Assembly (NCBI GenBank): GCA_963774955.1
Contig: CAVZGV010000005.1
Span: forward strand, 30,495 to 94,494
Reading direction: 5' to 3'
DNA: 64,000 nucleotides
From: Candidatus Falkowbacteria bacterium
GTDB taxonomy: Bacteria; Patescibacteriota; Patescibacteriia; CAIXNZ01
Of the stretch, positions 56,591 to 64,000 are shown piece by piece. Each line of letters starts with the position of its first letter. Position 1 is the first letter of the stretch. The notes beneath the pieces are model-generated. The model was not told the origin of the DNA. It saw nothing but the letters and a program-made list of their open reading frames with translations, and ran no database searches. Position numbers and translations under genes: made by a program.

Positions 56591-57069
56591 GTCTTAACCT
56601 GTACTCTGACAGTATCCTTATTTTGATTAACTTTGTTGAAATATTTTTCGCTGACAATATCAGCGTCTTTAATTGCCCGTCTTAAACTATTAAAAACCTG
56701 TTCAGCTCCCATGCTTTCTTGAGTACAGAAAAGAACTACCTTTCTATTGTCCCAATATTTCTGGCTTATAAAAGTTCTGATGGCCGGTGGGATATTGGCG
56801 GCCCAATTAGGGCAGCCGATAAAAATCAAATCATAATTATTAAGCTCAATATAATAGTCCTCCAGCTTGGTCAGTTTACTCATTAAGGAATCAAACCCGC
56901 CCCAAAAATATCCCCAAATTCCCTTGCGGCTCTTTTTATCTTTCAAAGGCGCCAAATCCGCCCGTAAACTATTAGCGATTTCTTCAGCCACAAATCTGGT
57001 ATTTCCAGATCTGGAGTAAAATACCACAATAGCTTTTTTAAATAATTTTGTCTGTCCTTCATCTGTCAT
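56560..57069 (-). CDS. flavodoxin-like protein
   Basis: ..AIVVFYSRSGNTRFVAEEIA.. flavodoxin phosphate-binding signature. Confidence 0.7.
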   Translation of the reverse strand: MTDEGQTKLFKKAIVVFYSRSGNTRFVAEEIANSLRADLAPLKDKKSRKGIWGYFWGGFDSLMSKLTKLEDYYIELNNYDLIFIGCPNWAANIPPAIRTFISQKYWDNRKVVLFCTQESMGAEQVFNSLRRAIKDADIVSEKYFNKVNQNKDTVRVQVKTWLASLDLGL

Positions 57070-57070
57070 A

Positions 57071-57367
57071 TTATTTTTTTAATTTATTTTTTGTTCTTTT
57101 GGGCACAAATAGCAAAAGCTTATCGAAAGTATCTTTGATATTGCTGACTTTAATAGCGATTAGGAAGGCGGAGAATGAACACAGGAAAAAAGCAACTACA
57201 AATAATATCTGCAAAATCTGCGGATAAAATAAAATTGCCGCAGCCAAAATAAAAAATAACACCCCGATAAGTACCAGATGCGTAATAATGCCGTTTAACT
57301 TGGCATTGACTAATTTTAAAATTTCCCCCGTGATCATAATAAATAAAATTAAAAAATTAAAAGTCAA
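57071..57367 (-). CDS. small hypothetical membrane protein
   Basis: 98 aa with 3 hydrophobic helices. Confidence 0.35.
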   Translation of the reverse strand: MTFNFLILFIMITGEILKLVNAKLNGIITHLVLIGVLFFILAAAILFYPQILQILFVVAFFLCSFSAFLIAIKVSNIKDTFDKLLLFVPKRTKNKLKK

Positions 57368-57382
57368 AAATTATCCGCCGAA

Positions 57383-57405
57383 AGCGGATCCGCCTCTGGC
57401 GGAAA
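57383..57405. repeat. GGATCC-containing repeat (copy 2)
   Basis: gcGGATCCgcctctggcggaaaa, identical to 18984-19006. Contains the CCGCC-tct-GGCGG mini-hairpin. Confidence 0.5.
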
Positions 57406-57417
57406 AGTTTTGTAATA

Positions 57418-57831
57418 TTAGTTAAAGTCCTTCCTGGCCTTTTCATCAAGCATAGCCTCTTCGAACTCCGGAAACAGCGGATTAGCCTGCCTGATTTTTT
57501 CATGTCTCAATCTTTCAGCTTTTGTAAATGTATCTTCATGGGGCTCCTTTGATTTTTCAACGGGTTCCAAATGTTTTCCCACTGGCACTTCAACTGCCTC
57601 TTTTTCCCATCTCTTAAGATCGGCATGCGTTTTTATATATTTCCCGATTTTACTCATCAAGGTTTTAACCTGGGATTCCGGGATACCTTTTCTATTTGCT
57701 AAAATCTTTACAGCATCAATAAAAGTCTTACCCTTTCCTTTCTCAGGATACATCAATTTCAATACTTCCTTGCTGTATTCCCTGATTGGATCTATTTGTT
57801 CAGATTTTGTTTTAAATGATTCCGGTTTCAT
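57418..57831 (-). CDS. hypothetical protein
   Basis: 137-aa charged/helical ORF. Confidence 0.4.
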   Translation of the reverse strand: MKPESFKTKSEQIDPIREYSKEVLKLMYPEKGKGKTFIDAVKILANRKGIPESQVKTLMSKIGKYIKTHADLKRWEKEAVEVPVGKHLEPVEKSKEPHEDTFTKAERLRHEKIRQANPLFPEFEEAMLDEKARKDFN

Positions 57832-57937
57832 ATAGATATAGATAAATAATTTGAGTGCTCAGCTGAAACTTCGTATTCTAAAATTCATTTTTTAAATTTT
57901 GTCAGAATTATATGCGCAAAAAATCCGTTGTTGGCAC

Positions 57938-59449
57938 CTATTCCAGGTCCTCCTTTTTCTCTTTAAAAAACGCCAGCCACTCTTCTACCCCCTGTAAAAT
58001 AATTTTCAACGGTGCTTCAATCAAAAAATCTAAAATAAAAACAAAAATATTAATTTTGGAAAAATTCAAAGATAAGAATCGGCCCATTCTGACAAAGGGC
58101 AGGGTAAAAAAGTCAAAAATTTCACCCGGAATATTTTCCTTTTTTCTAAGCACGTTCAATTCCCTGGCTGAACGGCGAATACGCACCCCGAAAAAGCTGA
58201 CAATACTGAAAAACACCACAAACAAGAGAATACTTAAGACGCTAAATTTAATATAATTCAAAAAATAAATAATCAGGCCGAAAGGAATAACAAATGATAG
58301 CAAATACAAAAAGTGTAACAGACTCCAGACAAACCAATTACGCTTTTTGGTTTCACGCACATAAACGGTTTCTCCGTCACTGTTCAATATTTCGTTAATG
58401 CCTTTAACCATGGCATTGGTATTTTTCTCACTGGGAGTTCTGATTGTAGCCGCAATCAAAATCATTAAAAACGGGGGAAAAGCGACATTGACCGCCGCGG
58501 CAATCCAGGAAAATGTATGCAGTAGATACATATCAAAAGGAATTTCCACAATCATTGCAATTAACATTTTGGTTAGAAAAACATAAATAATTGCCCGGAA
58601 AATCTGGGTTTTCAAACGTCTTTTGGTCTCACTATATTTGGTCTGACAAACCTCCCTGATTTTGGACTCCAATAATTTTGGATCGTCCGCCAAATTCTCG
58701 GCATTGCGGATGTCCTCATAAATGACATCGCGTAGAATTATAATCATCATGGCATAACGACGGCAGGCCTGCAGCAGCTTATTGGCCAGGCGATGATTAA
58801 TCTGACTGTTAATTGCCTGTTTGATGACAAAAATCTGATCTATAAACTGAGGTAAAAATAAATGGTAATCGTTTTTCCAGTCAGCATACCACAGCTTTAA
58901 AATTAAATATTCCAACATGGGTTTGTCTGACTTGACCAAACTGCGATTCACCGCCAGAAATAATTGCAAACTTTTTTCTTCTTCCGAAAGCTCATTGTGG
59001 CTGACAATTTCAATCCGTGCTTTAACTTCATCAAACATAAAACGTACCAAAGCTTTCATTTTATTGGCCGGTACCAGAGTCTCTTCAAGCTCGCAGGCAG
59101 CTAAATTTACAATCCAGTCATACAAGCCTAAAGCCGACTGAAAGCCTTTTTGGTTTTCTACGCCGGTATAAAGCAGATCGTATTTTTCAATAACTTGGGC
59201 AACTTCAATTATTTTGCTTTCCGGGACTTTATTATTTTCCAGATATCTGGCGGAAATCAATTCCTTAATCACGTTTTCCCCGATTTTATAATAATCACCG
59301 CCTTCCAAAAATCTTCTTTTTAAAATGCGAAAAATTGCGCTTTTGCGTAATAAGTGATCTTCATTATAGTCAACTATGGTCCTGAGCCTCTCATACATAA
59401 AAGCAATGGCGCTGGTCATAATACTGACCTTGATCGGTTTCTTCACCAT
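57938..59449 (-). CDS. hypothetical protein with N-terminal soluble domain and C-terminal 4-5 TM helices
   Basis: The long ORF uses a GTG start in the track at 59482. The first ATG (MVKKP..) is at 59449. Confidence 0.45.
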   Translation of the reverse strand: MVKKPIKVSIMTSAIAFMYERLRTIVDYNEDHLLRKSAIFRILKRRFLEGGDYYKIGENVIKELISARYLENNKVPESKIIEVAQVIEKYDLLYTGVENQKGFQSALGLYDWIVNLAACELEETLVPANKMKALVRFMFDEVKARIEIVSHNELSEEEKSLQLFLAVNRSLVKSDKPMLEYLILKLWYADWKNDYHLFLPQFIDQIFVIKQAINSQINHRLANKLLQACRRYAMMIIILRDVIYEDIRNAENLADDPKLLESKIREVCQTKYSETKRRLKTQIFRAIIYVFLTKMLIAMIVEIPFDMYLLHTFSWIAAAVNVAFPPFLMILIAATIRTPSEKNTNAMVKGINEILNSDGETVYVRETKKRNWFVWSLLHFLYLLSFVIPFGLIIYFLNYIKFSVLSILLFVVFFSIVSFFGVRIRRSARELNVLRKKENIPGEIFDFFTLPFVRMGRFLSLNFSKINIFVFILDFLIEAPLKIILQGVEEWLAFFKEKKEDLE

Positions 59450-59530
59450 CCTTTTTGACAATTCTATCCTTGGCTTCAGCACTGTATAAATTGTCTAATA
59501 AATTTGCTAATTTTTGCATAAGGTTACTAA

Positions 59531-59590
59531 TCTACAAATTAATTACAAATTACTACAAATTTGTCTTAATTTGTAGCGTATTTGTCTGCT
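59531..59590. promoter_or_regulatory. second CTACAAAT/ATTTGTAG operator array including the palindrome TTACAAATTACTACAAATTTGT
   Basis: 22 of 22 and 17 of 17 nt identical to the nusA-upstream array at 16931-16977. Lies upstream of gene 57938-59449. Confidence 0.5.
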
Positions 59591-59754
59591 TATATCTAAT
59601 ACAATCTTAGCAAATTTAGCTAAAAAATAAAAGAGCGCCCTTAAAGCGCGCTCTTTTACTAAAAACCTTCTTACCTCCCTTGCTCTTCTTTCCCTTCAAG
59701 TCTAGTATTGTAAAATAGTCTTCATTTTCTTGGTTTCACTGTATTTATGAGAAA

Positions 59755-61053
59755 TTATTTTTTGAATATTATAAGTTCCAAATTTTGGCGCCTCCATAAA
59801 GCCTTCCATGGCTGCTTCAGCAAACCAGCCTGAATCCAGCCAGTCATAAAGCCACTGGTCAGTATAGCGCACATCTTCAGCTGATCAGTACCGGAAGCAA
59901 TAGTTAGCAGCCATTTGCGGTTAAACTCTTCCTGAGAACCAAGAGGCGGAGTCATAATAATCGGCAAACCCAAAGCTGTATAAAAAGATAATTCACTCGG
60001 CTTGGTCCAGAGAATATCAGTCGTTCTCAACATTACATTAAATTTTCTAAAATAATCCTCTTTATTGCTGGCAAATATAATCTTAATATTTTTATCTAAA
60101 CATCCGGCCAGCCCAAATCCTTAATACTATCTTTAAAATAGCTGGCCACCTCGTTACGAATACCTGCAACTAAATTTATTCTAATCTGACCTTTTATTAA
60201 TTTACGCCGTAAACTCTTAACAATGTCTACGCCGTATTCTCGCTGAGCTCCGGCACCACCGACAGCAAAAGTCAGAGTCAAAGGATGATGTGTCTTTTGG
60301 GAAAATTCGCACTGACCAAGCTGCTCGCAGATTGTATCTTTATAGGCATTGATGTATTTTCTTTTGGGATCCAGATTATATAAACGATGCCCCAAGTCTT
60401 ATTTTAAAACTTTCAAATCCGGGCCGCCCAAATTTTCCAGGGGCATGGGAAAGCCGGTTAAAAATATTTTTTCCGGCCTGACACCGTATAATTTCAATCT
60501 CTGTTCGACGCGATAATTTGGCGCAAAATAATTAATGCGGCTTTGGCTGGGATGCATACCAGCCCAGGTTCGGGAAATATCAGTATCTGTGGCCAGACAA
60601 TAAATTTCCTGACTGTAATTAAAATACTCAGCCATATAGGCAATCACAAAAAAAGTAGTGACTAACGGCATTGGTTTTTTTTCTAATTTAGCAATCAAAT
60701 CCTTACCCCAATTTTTATGCTTAATCAGGCGCATAAAATATCTAAGCTGATTATTCGGGCTTGGATAAATCGCGTTTGGGATAAAAATTGGGAATGGCCT
60801 GAAATGTATCAAAAAATTTCCAAACCCAGTCACCGATTACCGGAACTTTTTTAAATCTGGAAATCCATTCATACAATTCCCGGCTCTTGTGCCAGATATC
60901 CCGATCACGTTTTGGTATGCCCGGGTAATTATTTGCATTAATTACCTTCCCCTTGTAGGCAATACCTCTTAGCGGATCAGCTGCGCGCTGATGACCATAA
61001 CCCATATCCACTGCCACCACCCAAGCCTTTTGGTGATTTTTATTCAACTTCAT
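59755..61053 (-). CDS. GT-B glycosyltransferase (MGDG-synthase/UgtP-like diacylglycerol glycosyltransferase), fragmented into 4 ORFs by frameshifts
   Basis: Fragments 60751-61053 (..VAVDMGYGHQRAADPL.. N-terminus), 60399-60833, 60096-60395 and 59755-60033 (..LWTKPSELSFYTALGLPIIMTPPLGSQEEFN.. C-terminal GT1 motif) are collinear with a single ~430-aa enzyme. Confidence 0.6.
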
Positions 61054-61158
61054 ATTTTTATAATTAAATTATGAAATTATACATGTTTACAGTATACCAA
61101 AAATAAGCCCGAATGACGAGCTTATTTGGGGATTATTTTTTTAATTCAAAATAAAGGC

Positions 61159-62223
61159 TTAAACCGATTTTGACGGCTGCTGCTTTTTCCAAGAGAATAA
61201 ATAAAAAACCAAGCCGGCCAATAAAATTAATACCACATACCAATAAGCAATAATCAGGCTAGATAATACTGTAAAGATTAGACCGACTAACATACAAACC
61301 ATAAACAATCCGCTTTTACCAATATTACCCAAAAATGGGATAGCATCAAGTACTAACAATATCGGCCCCAGCAAAGAATAGAGCCCTAAACCGAATAAAA
61401 CCAAGGTTAAAAGTTTAAAAATCCACCAAGTTGTTTTCTCTGATGATTCTAAAGATTGAACTAAAACATCATTGCTGGAATTGGTTATGATAAAAGGATT
61501 GCCGCTGCTGATTTCATTATTGCCAAGACTGCCCACCACAATCAGGTCATCTGCCGGTAATACAGCGCTAACTGTGTCCCTGACCTTTTCTTCTGACATT
61601 GAATACACTTTGTTAAGATTCAATAATTGTTTAGAACCATCTGGTTTGATTGAAATTTTATTGTCTAAGACTAAATCTGCCCAGCGAACATCATCTGTTT
61701 TTACCACCCACTTTGGTCGTTCCACTTCCCTTTCAATTGTTTGTTCAACATCCTGACCATCTCGGGTAATTACCTTGGTTTCAGTTTCGGTTTCTGTGAC
61801 CATTTCTAATTCTTCTCTGACATGATGATAATAAATAACGTCCTGATTGGCTAACGGCGCTTTAATCGGCGCTGAAGTTACCTTGCCTTGGACTTTTACC
61901 AAATCGGCCTGACCTACTGCCTGTTCAACTGTTAATACCGGCAACTCCGCGACCGTGGCAGCTGATTTATTCAAATTTTCAGAATACCAAACAACAATAA
62001 AAGAAGCCAGAATTAAAATGATACCCAGGCCAATTCCGCTAAATCGGCTGGAAATCTGCTTACCGGCATTACGGCCAAAACGCGCTATAGGATTGGAACT
62101 GCCCAAAACTTTCTCCGAGACTACCCTTTCGCTGATTATTCGTTCCTTCATAGGCTGATTCGGATTCGAAACAGTACCCACGCCTTTTGCCTGTGCACCC
62201 TGCAAAGAATTATTTTCAGTCAT
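61159..62223 (-). CDS. hypothetical membrane protein (N-terminal anchor, extracytoplasmic domain, C-terminal 3-TM cluster)
   Basis: 354 aa. The topology resembles the TMEM43/DUF1625-like layout. Weak support. Confidence 0.4.
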   Translation of the reverse strand: MTENNSLQGAQAKGVGTVSNPNQPMKERIISERVVSEKVLGSSNPIARFGRNAGKQISSRFSGIGLGIILILASFIVVWYSENLNKSAATVAELPVLTVEQAVGQADLVKVQGKVTSAPIKAPLANQDVIYYHHVREELEMVTETETETKVITRDGQDVEQTIEREVERPKWVVKTDDVRWADLVLDNKISIKPDGSKQLLNLNKVYSMSEEKVRDTVSAVLPADDLIVVGSLGNNEISSGNPFIITNSSNDVLVQSLESSEKTTWWIFKLLTLVLFGLGLYSLLGPILLVLDAIPFLGNIGKSGLFMVCMLVGLIFTVLSSLIIAYWYVVLILLAGLVFYLFSWKKQQPSKSV

Positions 62224-62247
62224 AAACTTATATCAATTATTAAAAAT

Positions 62248-62736
62248 TTATATTCGGGATAAAAAAGGCTTAATGCTTTCCAGCGGATAAATTTTACCAG
62301 CCAAATAATCTTTAATCTGCGGCAGGATAGTAACAGTGCGAAGCTTAGCCTTCATCTTTTCCAATTCTTCGTAAGTAAACCATTGAGCATCCAATATTTC
62401 GTCTTGGGGAAAATTTAATTCCAGATTTAACGGTTTAGCGGCAAAAATTATTCTGACCGGATGATTTATTCTATAGCCTTGATCTTTACAACTGGCGTAT
62501 ATACCTAAAAATCCGGTTATTTCAACATCTAAACCTGTTTCTTCTTTAGTTTCCCTTTTGGCGCCGTCTATTAAATCCTCATTCAAATCCAGCCAACCGG
62601 CAGGTATATTCCATTCCCCAATATCAACCTTGCCTTCCTGAACTAAAAGAAATTTACCCTCCTTTTCCAAAATCACTCCCACAACAATATATGGCTGGGT
62701 AAATATTTTATTTGCTATCGGAATAGCTTTACTCAT
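62248..62736 (-). CDS. NUDIX hydrolase
   Basis: Nudix box ..GAKRETKEETGLDVEI... Confidence 0.85.
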   Translation of the reverse strand: MSKAIPIANKIFTQPYIVVGVILEKEGKFLLVQEGKVDIGEWNIPAGWLDLNEDLIDGAKRETKEETGLDVEITGFLGIYASCKDQGYRINHPVRIIFAAKPLNLELNFPQDEILDAQWFTYEELEKMKAKLRTVTILPQIKDYLAGKIYPLESIKPFLSRI

Positions 62737-62804
62737 ATTAGTAGATTATTAGCCAATTCGTCCCGCCGAAGCGGGATGCCGCTCCGCGGCGTAGCTTAGT
62801 AACA

Positions 62805-64000
62805 TTACCAGGTTTTATCAATAATCTGAACATTCCCATTCAAACCTCCATAATGCAAGACCGTATATAAATCTCCGCAATCATTACTGCCGTCAAAATA
62901 AAAACCGACACCGACATGAGTCAGATGATCATGCATAATGGTCTGATAATGAATGCCGTTACTGGCTTCTTCACTCATATAAAAATCAAACAAATCATCC
63001 ATTGAATTCATCACCGACTCATTAATGCCTTGTGAACGGCTGTAACTACCACCGCCGATATTTTCATACAACCAGCCCCAGTCTTCCTTGAAACCGATTT
63101 TAAAATTCTGCCAGACCCATTCGCGGGCAATCATATTGACCGGCAAACGGGTATGAGTCATTTGCACCCTGCTTATACATTTCCTCCGCCCAAACCGAAG
63201 CCGTATCAGTCATTCTCTGATCAGAAACAATGGCTGGTTTACCGCGTTTAGTTCTTTCATAATTAATCCTGTCCAAAATATGCTGATTTACCATTTTATA
63301 ATTAAAACCGCTAGGCACGCTGCCTTTTTGGAAACTGCCGTCGCCTGCCAACAAAGATCCGGAAGAAATAAATCCGGCCGCGCTAAAAGTTTCATTAATT
63401 GTATTATTAACCGGGATGGAAACATCAATCACCGCGGTATCATCATTATTAGTCGAAGCTGCAGCAGGTTTCAGCACCAATTCTGACGCTGCCAGTTTAC
63501 TTAAATCAGCATTGGTAATACCAAGGCCCAAGTAGCGCATTATTTCATATGCTGCTGCCCCGTCTTTCATATAAATGCGGCGACAATTTTTTGGATAAAT
63601 ATAAAAGGCTTCGCCATTGCGCTGAACCTCAATTAATATTTTGCCCTTGAGCTTATTAGCCAAGGAATTAGTCGCACAAACGCTGGAAGAGCCTTTCATC
63701 ATCATAGTATTTTCAACGTCAGGAATTTTATACAGGTCAGCATCAGTAATACCCAGACCAAAAGATCTCATCATTTCATAGGCAATAGCTCCGTCTTTCA
63801 TGTAATAACGCTTGAATGTAACCGGATCAACATACCAGGCTTCACCATTATTTTGCACCTGCAATAAAATATAACCCTTGGTATGAGCTAATGATGTTGA
63901 GCTATATGTTGGATTCGTAACTTGCGTCGTTGTTGGTGTTGTCGTTGTAGTTGGCGTGGTTGTCGTTGTTGGAGTTGAAGTAGTCACAGGTTTCGAAGTT
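62805..64000 (-). CDS. CAP/SCP-domain extracellular protein with Thr/Pro-rich linker and two ~48-aa tandem repeats; frameshift near 63100-63167; 5' end outside the window
   Basis: The C-terminal fragment 62805-63167 has ..HYQTIMHDHLTHVGVGFYF..LYTVLHYG (CAP motifs). The upstream fragment 63100-63987 has TTSTPTTTTTPTTTTTPTTT and two repeats of (L/I)LxVQxNGEA(W/F)Y..P...RxYMKDGAxAYExMRxxGLGITxADL. The ORF is open to the window end. Confidence 0.55.

Overview
This 64-kb window looks like a low-GC (AT-rich), gene-dense bacterial chromosome segment. Most genes lie on the minus strand, and several visibly GC-richer accessory patches interrupt it. An outer-membrane beta-barrel protein, a LolA-like protein, an RND/MMPL exporter and an O-antigen-ligase-like protein suggest a diderm, probably uncultivated, organism; this is a low-confidence call. 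Housekeeping content: groES-groEL, tyrA plus an aminotransferase plus pheA, yidC, nusA, ddl, hisS next to tRNA-His, tRNA-Leu and tRNA-Val, PolX, a LeuA/CimA-family synthase, uppS, a glutaredoxin, MazG, a flavodoxin and Nudix hydrolases. The most interesting feature is a compact graspetide (omega-ester RiPP) biosynthetic cluster at about 36.9-41.3 kb. A 32-aa precursor ORF not listed in the ORF track (MPFILMFLEVREGAVSPTTSGAWDDIDGADAS) carries a microviridin-like PFxxxFL leader motif and a Thr/Ser plus Asp-rich core. It is followed by an intragenic attenuator hairpin and an MdnC/MvdD-type ATP-grasp ligase. Downstream in the same operon are a SAM methyltransferase, an HExxH putative peptidase and a hypothetical protein, and a divergently transcribed MFS exporter sits upstream. 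Other notable items: (1) a RAYT/IS200-like HuH transposase with a degenerate HuH motif, flanked by 36-bp direct repeats that carry a palindrome; (2) two tandem cassette-like modules, each of conserved hairpin, small ORF and conserved terminator; (3) imperfect direct repeats of gene 3' ends bracketing a 5.1-kb accessory block (GNATs, CYTH+Nudix, an HExxH protein) and a 1.5-kb ddl block; (4) shared palindromic operator arrays upstream of nusA and a distant gene; (5) a membrane-anchored protein with about 11 zinc ribbons; (6) a cluster of three paralogous PRTase-like proteins with LOG/TIGR00725, HAD and kinase genes. Conserved genes (groEL x2, pheA, a kinase, a glycosyltransferase, a CAP-domain protein) carry recurrent single-base frameshifts. 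Each one resolved here is one extra G/C in a short G/C run, which points to assembly indel errors rather than pseudogenes.
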